Shown piece by piece: positions 7,993 through 17,248 of a DNA stretch of 64,000 bases. Position 1 is the stretch's first letter. Each line of letters starts with the position of its first letter. Under the pieces are notes generated by a model. It had not been told where the DNA came from. It was given only the letters and a program-made list of their open reading frames with translations, and ran no database searches. The position numbers and the translations under genes were made by a program. Source of the stretch: a virus. The stretch lies in IMG/VR virus record IMGVR_UViG_3300049491_000383, positions 1 to 64,000 of that record; one strand, given 5' to 3'.

Positions 7993-8906
7993 ACTGCCAT
8001 CCCCGGTTTGTTCTGCACATCAGGATAAGGATCGTAACCAGCAAGCTCGATATCTTCCCATTGCAGATTCAAAATATCGTCGAATGTAGGCAAATTTTTC
8101 TTGATAGTGAGTGTAGGTAACGCACGTGGCTTACGATCAAGCATCTCTGCCACCATATCCATCTGATTCTGGTAGATATGAACGTCCCAGCCAAAATAAA
8201 CAAGGTCGCCAGGAGTCATTCCCAGATGCTTTGCAAAGATATGGTTAATCAATGCATAGGATGCAATGTTAAATGGCAACCCGAAGGGAACGTCGTTACT
8301 ACGCATAACGAAAGAATTATTCAGTTTGCCATTGCCGACCGTAAAATCGCCCTCAACGGAGTACATATGAAGCATATGGCATGGGGGTAATGCCATTTCG
8401 TGAAGTTGCCCAGGGTTCCAACCAGTAACTACGTGGCGACGTCCATAAGGATCCTTCTTTATGCCGGAAAGCAAATCAGCAATTTGGTCTACTTCGGGAC
8501 CACGCTTAACAATTTCAATGTTTTCTTCGTTTGCCCAACTCCACTGAGTCTTTGCATCCAGTGTCTCCCAATGACGCCATTGGTATCCATAACCTTTTCC
8601 CATGTCACCTTCCGGTAAATGGCTTAGACCACGCTTGTCTAGGAACTCACGCGATGTGTTTCCTTTCCAAATGTTGATTTTTTTGTCTTCAAGGACCTTA
8701 GTTTGTGTTTCTCCACGTAGGAAAAACATGGTCTCTTCAAAGGCAATGCGCAGAGGAACCCTGCGTGTTGTCTGAATCGGGAATCCCTTTGAAAGATCCC
8801 AGCGGAGCATTCTCCCGAACACTGCACGCGAGCCAATACCGGTGCGGTCTGGCTTGTCGACGCCATTTTCTATGACGTCTTTTAATAAATCGATGTAATT
8901 TTGCAT
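7989..8906 (-). CDS. thyA: Thymidylate synthase
   Basis: DRTG, YGYQWR, MALPPCH, MRSND..GLPFNIASY, HIYQN. Confidence 0.96.
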   Translation of the reverse strand: MQNYIDLLKDVIENGVDKPDRTGIGSRAVFGRMLRWDLSKGFPIQTTRRVPLRIAFEETMFFLRGETQTKVLEDKKINIWKGNTSREFLDKRGLSHLPEGDMGKGYGYQWRHWETLDAKTQWSWANEENIEIVKRGPEVDQIADLLSGIKKDPYGRRHVVTGWNPGQLHEMALPPCHMLHMYSVEGDFTVGNGKLNNSFVMRSNDVPFGLPFNIASYALINHIFAKHLGMTPGDLVYFGWDVHIYQNQMDMVAEMLDRKPRALPTLTIKKNLPTFDDILNLQWEDIELAGYDPYPDVQNKPGMAV

Positions 8907-8930
8907 CCAATCCCCTAACTACGAAACGTA

Positions 8931-8959
8931 ATATTACGTTGTAGTTATGGGCTGGTCAA
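8931..8959 (-). promoter_or_regulatory. sigma70-type promoter for thyA, with -10 inside a palindrome
   Basis: TTGACC-17 nt-TAATAT; perfect palindrome aacgtaatattacgtt at 8925..8940. Confidence 0.6.
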
Positions 8960-9219
8960 AGATTTTCGGCTAACTTTCTGACAATGTACTCTGCTTCAGA
9001 GATGTTCTCAATGAAATCAGTATGGCCATAATCCCACTGAGACATTGCTGGCGCATGATGATTATTCCATTGAGTGTATTTCTTATAGTAGTTTGAAAAC
9101 CAGATGGTTGTCCCATCATTACAAGTGACTGGGTACCATGCAAATTTTCTCTTATAGAGATTGGTAGAAACAAGCCCTTGCTCGTCTCTCCAATTTGGCA
9201 ATGGTTTATCACCGATCAT
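8956..9219 (-). CDS. Hypothetical protein
   Basis: Start overlaps the upstream stop; KFAWYPV...IW motif typical of small phage proteins. Confidence 0.6.
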   Translation of the reverse strand: MIGDKPLPNWRDEQGLVSTNLYKRKFAWYPVTCNDGTTIWFSNYYKKYTQWNNHHAPAMSQWDYGHTDFIENISEAEYIVRKLAENL

Positions 9220-9755
9220 TCCTTTGGCTCCGGCATCCTATAGAAATCGTGGTTACCCACACGCATAGTTCTTCTCATCTCGAAACGCCAAGTCGGATGA
9301 CTTGTGTACGGATTATGGAAATGCGTTGCCCCGTTTGTGTTATCATCAACTTCACCACTGAGAATTTGTATCGCTACAATACTCGCAACCTGAAATTGAT
9401 CAACAACACGTTGATTTATCGTACCGTCCTTATTCCTAATCGGAATTTCCTTGCCTTTTTTATCGTTCTCACAGTACCAAGAGAACGCGCAAACGACCTT
9501 CTTTGTGACACGGTGGATATTGGCTTGTTTAACTACATCGCACACGGTACTCGGGAACCTGCCGTCATTGACGCGGTTTAGAGTAACGGATCCGACTGCA
9601 AATTGACCTCGAATATCCTCATTGCGTGACTCATAATAGATGTTTTCGGCTAGGCAATAAGCCTGTTCCGGATCAATCTTTGATGTGTCAATATCCATAC
9701 CAACGACGCTGGCGGACTGCAAGAGGTAAGCGAGGAGAAGTTTTGCTGTTATCAT
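9216..9755 (-). CDS. SleB/Hydrolase_2 cell wall hydrolase
   Basis: CLAENIYYESR, VTLNRV..FP.TVC, FSW, GATHFH, GNHDFY; N-terminal hydrophobic segment. Confidence 0.9.
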   Translation of the reverse strand: MITAKLLLAYLLQSASVVGMDIDTSKIDPEQAYCLAENIYYESRNEDIRGQFAVGSVTLNRVNDGRFPSTVCDVVKQANIHRVTKKVVCAFSWYCENDKKGKEIPIRNKDGTINQRVVDQFQVASIVAIQILSGEVDDNTNGATHFHNPYTSHPTWRFEMRRTMRVGNHDFYRMPEPKE

Positions 9756-9823
9756 CAGTTTTTCTCCTATTTCCTCTATTCTGAATTTCCAAAATAGAAT
9801 ATATTTAGCTCACTAGCTTCCCC

Positions 9824-9852
9824 ATTATATACATTGTGAACTGAGTTGTCAA
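9824..9852 (-). promoter_or_regulatory. Consensus sigma70 promoter
   Basis: TTGACA-17 nt-TATAAT, perfect consensus. Confidence 0.85.
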
Positions 9853-9858
9853 TAAATG

Positions 9859-9866
9859 GATAAATA
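9859..9866 (+). promoter_or_regulatory. Late promoter motif GATAAATA for the plus-strand gene
   Basis: Motif followed by AAGGA SD and ATG at 9890. Confidence 0.7.
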
Positions 9867-9889
9867 AGCTAAACGGAAAGGATTCTGCA

Positions 9890-11683
9890 ATGAAACTAGA
9901 ACAATTTGAGTCTGAAGGTAGAGAACGTAGGGAAATGCCGTGGAGAAAGCACGCACCTCCAGTAAACAAGCCTACAAATCCAGATAACCCTAATCACAAG
10001 GGACCTATCAACCACGATGAATGGAATCGCTCAGCTAATCAATACCCAAAGAAGAGTGTTGAAGAAGAAGTAGACGGTATTCCAGAAGTTGGTGATGTTA
10101 TTCGTACCAAGAAGATGCAAATGGAAGGCAAAGTTGAAAGCCTTGGACAAAACCGTGCTGGTTATCCAGAAGTAATGTTCCGCATTGAAGATGGTCGCCT
10201 AATGAAAACTCCCTTGTCCAATGTTACAGTTGTACAGAAACTTGCAGATGATGATATTGTTATGGAAGTTGCAGGTGAACGTGTAGATGAAATCTCCACT
10301 GAGGTTTTAGCCAAGTATAAGGCTGCTGCCGGTAAAGATGCTTCAGAGGCAGACAAGAAGGGAGACTTTGCTAAAGGAAACAAGCGTTTCAGTGGTATTG
10401 TCAAAGCAACAAAGAAGCAGTTTGACAACGACTCAAAGAAAAGAGAGATAAACGAACTTACAATACCAGGAGTAGAAGATAATTTCACGGCAGATGACAT
10501 TAAGAGATTAGAACAAATCACAGACATACCAACACTGAAAGCGCAGGCAAAGGAATTAGTAAAGGGTAAGGCAGCAAGAAGAATGAAGCCTGAGAAAATT
10601 TCCTGGTTTTACAATGCCATTGATGGAAAATCAAACAAAATGGCTGTTATAAAATTGATGTATGATTTATTGTTGGCTGGTGAGGGTAATAGTGTCGTTG
10701 GTACCAGACATAGTATGAGGCAAAATGATTATCGGGATAGGTTTGGCGAAGGCTCTATGGGCGGAATTAACCGTTCTGCGCCAGCCCAAGACGTAAGTTA
10801 TGAGCACGTACTAGATGAAGTTAAAGCAATGTGGGAAAAGGCTCAAATCAATGAATTAAGCGTTGAGACGCTGAAGGCATACAAAGATGCTGCTACCTCA
10901 CAAGAGACTCTAAAGCATAGTCCACTAAGGAAAGTTGCTAAACACATGCAAGGTGCGGGTATTGCCAACCAAAAGATCAAGACAAAGACCGGTGACAAGG
11001 TTGGTATGCACCAACCTGATCGTGGCACATATGAAAATGTGAACGAGGATGATCCAATGGTCTCCCAGCTAAAGAAGCAATACGCCGATTCGCAGGCACA
11101 GGCCCCAAAAAGAAAAGCTGTTCCATTTGATTTTCACGGATACACTATTAAATATCTCGCTCAGTCGAAACCGACTGATAAGGTAGAATGGGTAGTCTAT
11201 AACAAGAAAGATGAAAAAGTAGGTTCCGGAACTGCAATGAATGATAAGGAGGCAGTTACTGCTGCCCAAGATCATATCAAGCAAGGAAGTATGTCAAAAG
11301 AAAAAGTTACATCCAATGTAACTATCGACTTTAATGAGCAGTTTAGGGATTGGTTCTCCAAAGAGGGAGATAAATTCTATGCGACTATTGTGAATGATAA
11401 CGGTGTTCCAACACTTTTATTATCTACCGAGCCACAGAAGACGCTCAAGACTAGCCATTCGAGGTCTAGCACACACTTACCAATGATTAGCCTGACAGCA
11501 AACGAATCCAACGACGCTGGATTACAACCGTTTGGTAGATATTTGCTCGGTAGTAAAGAAGACCTGGGTGATAATCTTTTAATGTTCCCGTTGATCTTAC
11601 AGGATACAACTCAAAGTAAGACAGATAAGAAGAGACTCGGTGCACCCGGGCTAACTGTTGCTGCCTCTGGTAGAGCAGAATGA
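9890..11683 (+). CDS. Modular, probably virion-internal protein
   Basis: 597 aa, late motif upstream, repeated DEIS/NELT/NELS/NED modules, a KOW/SH3-like segment. Confidence 0.75.
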   Translation: MKLEQFESEGRERREMPWRKHAPPVNKPTNPDNPNHKGPINHDEWNRSANQYPKKSVEEEVDGIPEVGDVIRTKKMQMEGKVESLGQNRAGYPEVMFRIEDGRLMKTPLSNVTVVQKLADDDIVMEVAGERVDEISTEVLAKYKAAAGKDASEADKKGDFAKGNKRFSGIVKATKKQFDNDSKKREINELTIPGVEDNFTADDIKRLEQITDIPTLKAQAKELVKGKAARRMKPEKISWFYNAIDGKSNKMAVIKLMYDLLLAGEGNSVVGTRHSMRQNDYRDRFGEGSMGGINRSAPAQDVSYEHVLDEVKAMWEKAQINELSVETLKAYKDAATSQETLKHSPLRKVAKHMQGAGIANQKIKTKTGDKVGMHQPDRGTYENVNEDDPMVSQLKKQYADSQAQAPKRKAVPFDFHGYTIKYLAQSKPTDKVEWVVYNKKDEKVGSGTAMNDKEAVTAAQDHIKQGSMSKEKVTSNVTIDFNEQFRDWFSKEGDKFYATIVNDNGVPTLLLSTEPQKTLKTSHSRSSTHLPMISLTANESNDAGLQPFGRYLLGSKEDLGDNLLMFPLILQDTTQSKTDKKRLGAPGLTVAASGRAE

Positions 11684-11706
11684 AAAAGGGCCGTTAAGGC
11701 CCTTTT
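11684..11706. terminator. Bidirectional intrinsic terminator
   Basis: aaaagggcc-gttaa-ggccctttt between convergent genes. Confidence 0.85.
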
Positions 11707-12796
11707 ATTTGCTTGTTTTGTAGTATTTTCCAACTGCCAACGTAGAGGCAAAGGCATCGAGTGGCACATCTGTTTGATTGATGATGCCTTTAACTTTTCC
11801 TTCAATCATAAGTTCCAACATTGCAACCCCAGATGATGCTGTTGTTGCTTGGATACCAGACAAGCCATCCACCCCGTAGAATTTGTTAGAATAACTCCTA
11901 CGTACAGGTTTTCCATTCTCATCCTTACCATGTGCATTTGCATACACAATGATAACATCATCGTCAGTGAACGGAAATTTTTCTTCGAAGATCTTCTTGA
12001 TCTTCTTGAAGTTGCCGTGATTATCCTGTACCACAGAGCGAATATATCTATAGTGCCCTGGATAACGAATAGTCATATAAGCAACGTTTGGAACATTGCT
12101 AAGGTCACGGGCTAAACTTCCCACACCGCCGGAAGTGTAGGCTGCTTCATATTCAATCCCGTCTAGAACAACCTTAGTCAAATTTCCAAGAGCCGGAACT
12201 TCCATTAGTTCGCCATTACGTCTAATTCTGCAAGGACGGATATACTCATTAACCAACCCATCAACACTCCAAGTTAGATTATAGGAGTATTCCGGATGAT
12301 TAATATCGTAAGAAACATTCCTAGGCAATGCACCAACGCTAATAATAAGTGAGTCGGGTGTATCTATTTTACCAACCAAATCGTATCCGATATAGTTAAT
12401 AAAGCCTGGTGCTAGTCCGCACTTTACGGCGCAGTCTAGATTAGTGCTTTGGAAAATTTTCTGTACTTTATCTGCCATTACATCGTCTTCAGTAAAGTCG
12501 ATATAAGAGCAGTTTGCGGCGGCGGCCGCAGATGCCACTTTTTCATTAAAGGAAAAAGGCAGAGCATTGATTACATACTCCGCCTCTTCATCCAACAAAA
12601 GCTTTACAATTTCGTCGTGGGTTGCCGATGTAAGATTGGTAGTGATATGAGCTCGACATCCACCGTGCCTAATCAATCCAATGTTGTCAGGATTTGCATC
12701 CACAACAACCGAGTTTACATCCTTATATAGAGTAAGGATGATTTGATTTACTGCACGGCCAATCTGTCCTGCTCCAAATATCACTACCTTTTTCAT
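11705..12796 (-). CDS. Saccharopine dehydrogenase / lysine 6-dehydrogenase-like oxidoreductase
   Basis: Rossmann GAGQIG, INALP, CGLAPG, VGALP, YNLTWSVDGLVNEY, TIRYPGH. Confidence 0.85.
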   Translation of the reverse strand: MKKVVIFGAGQIGRAVNQIILTLYKDVNSVVVDANPDNIGLIRHGGCRAHITTNLTSATHDEIVKLLLDEEAEYVINALPFSFNEKVASAAAAANCSYIDFTEDDVMADKVQKIFQSTNLDCAVKCGLAPGFINYIGYDLVGKIDTPDSLIISVGALPRNVSYDINHPEYSYNLTWSVDGLVNEYIRPCRIRRNGELMEVPALGNLTKVVLDGIEYEAAYTSGGVGSLARDLSNVPNVAYMTIRYPGHYRYIRSVVQDNHGNFKKIKKIFEEKFPFTDDDVIIVYANAHGKDENGKPVRRSYSNKFYGVDGLSGIQATTASSGVAMLELMIEGKVKGIINQTDVPLDAFASTLAVGKYYKTSK

Positions 12797-12822
12797 ACAT
12801 GCCCCATTATGTGAGCACTTAT

Positions 12823-14208
12823 TTAGCGAACGGCCTTTCGCGAGTTCTCACGAACTTGGTCGAAAGTTGTCTCGTTGTACAAACGACCGTCCATGTAGCG
12901 ACGGTGTAAGTGGTCAACAATATCCTTGCCGTATTCGATCACCTTGGTAACAAACTTGCCAGTTTCGTCGGTAACAAGCATCAAGCGACCCTTCTTGCTC
13001 TTCTTCATTGAAGAAGTAACAGGATCCTTGTACACTTCTACCCATACACCGTTGATCATGGCAGCCGAACACTTCATTGCAAATTCCAGAGTGTCACGAT
13101 TGACCATCTGAAGCAATGCACCACCCTGGCCGAATGCCACGTTGTCGGCACTGTAACCGTTCATATCCATCACAGTCAGGATAGCACGGATCATTGCATG
13201 ATCAATACCGTCGCCCTGGATGATACGAACGTTGTTCAGGACCTTGTAGCCCTTGGCGTTCACGGTGTGGCCGAAATACTTGTCGAGGATCTTCAAGCAA
13301 TCATTCACCACCTGTACCGGATCGCCGCTGTCGGGACGCACAACAACCACGGCGCCGCTGGCGATAACTTCATCCTTCAGTTCGGTACCCCACTTCTTGC
13401 AGGCCTCATAGATGTCGTAGCTGTCACTCACGCAAGCAAGGAGCGCGCCCGGCCTTGCATAATGCTTCATCATGTTGCGATAAGCCTTGACTTCGTTTTC
13501 GCGACCCCAACTGGTAACGGTGCTGTGCTCCATGGCTGGGATACTGAAACCGCAAACCGGCGCATCGTAGTATTCCATCGCGGCAAGAACACCGGACAGA
13601 GTATCGGTGCCCATGAAATTGATCAAGTGTGCCATGCCACCAAGTGCAGCACTTTCAAGACTGGAAACACCACGGGCACCAAAGTCGTGCAACTTGAAAT
13701 CGATCAGCGAAGGATCGCCGTTCTTCTCCAGGAAGTGTGCAATGATGGTCTTGCTAACGTAGCTATTGGATGCAACAGTAGTCGGATACCAGATTGCACG
13801 AAGCAATGCAGTTTCCAGGAAGCTGGTTAGCCAATAGCACTTCGGATCGGTGTTGACGATTGAAACCAGAACGTTCTTCTGGCGCATCACAGTGCCCTCA
13901 TCCACGGCCTTGATTTCGACCGGAAGGTGTCCGCCGTGTGTGTTGACGATGTACATCCATCCTTCATAGTTGAACGGTTCGCCGTGTGCTTGTAGGATTT
14001 CGCGTGCCTGGATAACCATTGCTGCGGTGACCGGTGTGGTCATGTATTCACGCAGGAAGGCCTGCAGGCCGAAATAGACCAATTGGTCATACGCGCCGCC
14101 ACGGGATTCGATGTACGAGTACACAAATTCAGTGCCTTCGGGGTATTGCACCCACTGGCTGTACTTGTAACTGTCGCTGTTGAGAATGATGTTCTTTGCA
14201 AATTTCAT
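12823..14208 (-). CDS. nadV: Nicotinamide phosphoribosyltransferase
   Basis: DSYKYSQ, LHDFGARG, IPAMEHS, VSDSYD, RPDSGDP, IQGDGI; start at MKFAKN after an AAGGAG SD. Confidence 0.95.
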   Translation of the reverse strand: MKFAKNIILNSDSYKYSQWVQYPEGTEFVYSYIESRGGAYDQLVYFGLQAFLREYMTTPVTAAMVIQAREILQAHGEPFNYEGWMYIVNTHGGHLPVEIKAVDEGTVMRQKNVLVSIVNTDPKCYWLTSFLETALLRAIWYPTTVASNSYVSKTIIAHFLEKNGDPSLIDFKLHDFGARGVSSLESAALGGMAHLINFMGTDTLSGVLAAMEYYDAPVCGFSIPAMEHSTVTSWGRENEVKAYRNMMKHYARPGALLACVSDSYDIYEACKKWGTELKDEVIASGAVVVVRPDSGDPVQVVNDCLKILDKYFGHTVNAKGYKVLNNVRIIQGDGIDHAMIRAILTVMDMNGYSADNVAFGQGGALLQMVNRDTLEFAMKCSAAMINGVWVEVYKDPVTSSMKKSKKGRLMLVTDETGKFVTKVIEYGKDIVDHLHRRYMDGRLYNETTFDQVRENSRKAVR

Positions 14209-14256
14209 GATAAACTCCTTATCAGTTAATGCCCAATTCACTGTTGGGACTTGTGG

Positions 14257-14490
14257 TTATATTAGCACGGATCTGAGCTTAATTACAACCTGTTCCTCGC
14301 TGGTGTACTGGTGTTCTGTACCCATTCTATCTTTGTAATAATGTGTCTTGCCATCTATAAACATAAACACGAAATCGGCTCCTTGCACCAAGTCTCTGGG
14401 TATCCTAGATACAGCAATTGAATTGTATGCAAGGTGTCTTGGAATCTTGGCGTGTTCGGCCAATGCTTCGTGCATTATGAGGTAGATCAC
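14257..14490 (-). CDS. Hypothetical protein
   Basis: Overlapping start/stop packing in the operon. Confidence 0.55.
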   Translation of the reverse strand: MIYLIMHEALAEHAKIPRHLAYNSIAVSRIPRDLVQGADFVFMFIDGKTHYYKDRMGTEHQYTSEEQVVIKLRSVLI

Positions 14491-14804
14491 TTGACTCCTA
14501 GTATCCTTATTTCCTCAGGGGTCAGTTTTGCCTTGATACGGGCTCTCTTTTCCTGGAGTTCTCTTTCGGCTTCGAGTCGTTTTCTCTTTGCCTCTTCTAT
14601 CGCCTTTGCACGACGGTCTTCTTCCTTGTGTTGTCTCCACCAGTCGGCAATTTCCTTGTCTTGCAGAAGAATGAATTCTAGGCCGCCTGCATCGCCCAAT
14701 TCTTCGAGCGCGGTAAGTGCCTTGCATGCAATTCTTGCAAGCCTATCTCTAATCTCTCTTTCGTTTACAGTATCTCTCGGATCTTCATAACTTTGGCAAG
14801 GCAT
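14487..14804 (-). CDS. Hypothetical protein with charged helix
   Basis: AAGGAG SD; MPC start, WWRQH...KLTPEE..ILG pattern seen in phage small proteins. Confidence 0.7.
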   Translation of the reverse strand: MPCQSYEDPRDTVNEREIRDRLARIACKALTALEELGDAGGLEFILLQDKEIADWWRQHKEEDRRAKAIEEAKRKRLEAERELQEKRARIKAKLTPEEIRILGVK

Positions 14805-14824
14805 GATAATCTCCTTATATTAGC

Positions 14825-15073
14825 CTAATCTACCTCCGGCCTTGTATCTTCCGGAACTTTTGTTGTATAGAATCCACCATGCGCTAAAACCCACGCCATG
14901 GCATCCTCTTCCCTTTCAAACTTCAAATGTGGGTGGAGGTTATAGACACATTGGTCCGCCCAACCACCCTGATGATAATCAACTTCTATCACCCCACTTT
15001 GATTTAGCCATTCACCGAGTAGAGAATGGTCTTGACGACCATTCAGTCTCCGGATCTTGACATAGAAGCTCAT
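14825..15073 (-). CDS. Hypothetical protein (F..EEDA family)
   Basis: Start overlaps the upstream stop; KFEREEDAMAWVL. Confidence 0.6.
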   Translation of the reverse strand: MSFYVKIRRLNGRQDHSLLGEWLNQSGVIEVDYHQGGWADQCVYNLHPHLKFEREEDAMAWVLAHGGFYTTKVPEDTRPEVD

Positions 15074-16140
15074 TTCTTCGCTCTTGCCACCAAAGTCTTA
15101 ATGATGTGGGCGTGATCACCATACAAAAATTCGCCCATTTCTTCTACTTCCGAAAGCTTAAACCACTTTGCCTTCTTGGCATCGTCGGATCCTTTAACAC
15201 GCGGAAGTTCGCCATTTCCACCATCCAGCTCAATCAAATAAGCCATAGTGATGGTACGGCCACGCAAGTCACGATCTGGATGATCAAATACTTCGTTGTA
15301 GGTAATACCCTTGCGAAGTACAATCTCTGGAACCTTGATCTTGGTCTCCTCCACCAGTTCACGGATCACGCAATCTTCAAGGCGCTCCTTTGGATTAATA
15401 AATCCACCCGGCAGTGCCCAAAGTCCCTTACCCGGAGAGAAACCGCGTTGGATAAGGAGGATGTGGCCACCCTGGATAACGCAAGCATCGGTAGTCTGGA
15501 AAATAGGTACGAACGGTGCAGGTTCCCAGGACTTGTGGTAGTTCTTGTAGAACTTGTATTCTTCCACCATATCGGTGTAGAATTCAGTTTCCATGAACTC
15601 TTTCAGATAGTTGAGCACCGCCGAAGGAATTGCGCCCGACAAGAAATCGAGGTGACCTTCGAAATACAGTTCGCGGATCTTCGTTGCGTCGATGGGTCTA
15701 GAGCCATGCTCAACAAATCCTTCAAGCGGAATGAAGTCCCATTCCGGGAATGCGTGGTTGTACCAGCTGGATTCATCCTTGTCGTAACCCAGGATACAAA
15801 TATCCTTGTCACTCACGCCCGGATGCTGTGTAGCAACAGTCTTCTGCACTTGTGCAATCCAGCTATTGTCGCTGTACTTGAAGTCACGAAGGGCATGGAT
15901 GGAATAGTTTTGTTTGAGTGATCCCAACACCTTTTCAGATCTGCCAAGGCTGGCAGAAATCATCTCCATGCGCTCATGGAACTTGAAAGGATTCTTGGGT
16001 GTACGTGGTTGGTAAGAACTACCAATCAGAATTTGTACATGGTCTGCAAGGCTGAATGCTTGAGCGATGTTGGCTTGATGGCCATTGTGGAAAGGTTCGA
16101 AGCGTCCGATCAGGACTGCCACTGCGTAGCGTTTTGTCAT
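15070..16140 (-). CDS. nadM: Bifunctional NMN adenylyltransferase / Nudix ADP-ribose pyrophosphatase
   Basis: GRFEPFHNGH (HxGH), KNPF, DATKIR; Nudix box GGF...E...RELVEET. Confidence 0.95.
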   Translation of the reverse strand: MTKRYAVAVLIGRFEPFHNGHQANIAQAFSLADHVQILIGSSYQPRTPKNPFKFHERMEMISASLGRSEKVLGSLKQNYSIHALRDFKYSDNSWIAQVQKTVATQHPGVSDKDICILGYDKDESSWYNHAFPEWDFIPLEGFVEHGSRPIDATKIRELYFEGHLDFLSGAIPSAVLNYLKEFMETEFYTDMVEEYKFYKNYHKSWEPAPFVPIFQTTDACVIQGGHILLIQRGFSPGKGLWALPGGFINPKERLEDCVIRELVEETKIKVPEIVLRKGITYNEVFDHPDRDLRGRTITMAYLIELDGGNGELPRVKGSDDAKKAKWFKLSEVEEMGEFLYGDHAHIIKTLVARAKK

Positions 16141-16234
16141 ATTTGGCTCCCAAATAAGGTTGATTGTAGAAGTCTGTCTCTACGTGTTTATTTAGCCTCT
16201 AGTGTTACATAGAGACCTGTTTTAGGTCAAGTAA

Positions 16235-16555
16235 TCAGTCATTATAATAACGATCTTCAACTTTTACTACTGAGGGCGTGGGAATACCCTTTAACTTTCT
16301 CACAATTGCGACATCTGGTGTGGGGCGCGCATCTTCAAATTCCCTCCACATACCACGGAGCCAATAGAAGACGCCGTAGATACCCCAGGCAACAGCGACT
16401 GATACTGCACCACCAAAAGCAAGTGTGACACCGAGCTTGCCGATGAATATTGTGGATATAAAACAAGGAATTGCCCAAACACCAATAACCGAAATAGTGC
16501 GAGTAAACCAGTCATTCTGATCCCAATACCATTGAAAAAATTGAATAAATCTCAT
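16235..16555 (-). CDS. Small membrane protein
   Basis: Two TM helices; similar layout to 16737..17093. Confidence 0.65.
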   Translation of the reverse strand: MRFIQFFQWYWDQNDWFTRTISVIGVWAIPCFISTIFIGKLGVTLAFGGAVSVAVAWGIYGVFYWLRGMWREFEDARPTPDVAIVRKLKGIPTPSVVKVEDRYYND

Positions 16556-16572
16556 GTGTGTTCCTGTCTGTG

Positions 16573-16737
16573 TTAATTCGGACCGGGCCAATCCGTTGCG
16601 TGTCTGTTTGTGCCCTTCAGCCTGTCAATAATGTCAAGCTCTTCTTCCTGCTTCATCCTAAATTTGTGATTGTTTATCAATGCGAGAAAAATTGGAATGA
16701 CAACAAATATCATTACCAATAAGAATGCTGCACCCAT
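16573..16737 (-). CDS. 54-aa membrane peptide (not in the ORF track)
   Basis: Own translation MGAAFLLVMIFVVIPIFLALINNHKFRMKQEEELDIIDRLKGTNRHATDWPGPN; start overlaps the upstream stop. Confidence 0.6.
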   Translation of the reverse strand: MGAAFLLVMIFVVIPIFLALINNHKFRMKQEEELDIIDRLKGTNRHATDWPGPN

Positions 16738-17093
16738 CACGGACGAGACTTTCCCGCCCTTGCACGTATAGAAGCAATGATTCCTTCTGTGCCTGTTGAT
16801 AATGGTACAGATGTCGGGACACCACCCAGGCGTGCAATTATTTGTTGTGCTTCACGTTCACGTTCTTGCTTGAACTTATTCCATTGGCCCATAACTGCCA
16901 GTACCATTTGCGTCAAGAGGAATCCGATGAGACAGAGAACAATACCACACAGCCAAATCAGAATTGCCTTGAATCCAAATACAAACAGACTCGGAATCAA
17001 GAGCGCAGTCCAAATCCAAAAGGACGACATTGTTCTCTCGATTGTCGTCCTTTTATTCCACCACCACTTTAGAAAGCGGAGAACATCCATCAT
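16737..17093 (-). CDS. Small membrane protein
   Basis: Two TM helices followed by a charged helix. Confidence 0.65.
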   Translation of the reverse strand: MMDVLRFLKWWWNKRTTIERTMSSFWIWTALLIPSLFVFGFKAILIWLCGIVLCLIGFLLTQMVLAVMGQWNKFKQEREREAQQIIARLGGVPTSVPLSTGTEGIIASIRARAGKSRP

Positions 17094-17248
17094 GTGGTTG
17101 CTCCATCCATTCCGTCGTTTTCTGGATCATTCAAGATCTTTAGAAACTCTTCTTCTTCCTCTGCCGTCCATTCGAGGAATTCCTCAAAATCCCCATCGGG
17201 GATAGGAACAGAATCCGGAACATTCTTTGGTCTCTGTGGTGTGTTCAT
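17090..17248 (-). CDS. 52-aa acidic peptide (not in the ORF track)
   Basis: Own translation MNTPQRPKNVPDSVPIPDGDFEEFLEWTAEEEEEFLKILNDPENDGMDGATT; overlaps both neighbours. Confidence 0.55.
   Translation of the reverse strand: MNTPQRPKNVPDSVPIPDGDFEEFLEWTAEEEEEFLKILNDPENDGMDGATT

Noticed and set aside
13198-15921. Long plus-strand ORFs 13198..13830 and 15106..15921
   Set aside because: Antisense shadows of nadV and nadM caused by codon bias; no motifs or RBS
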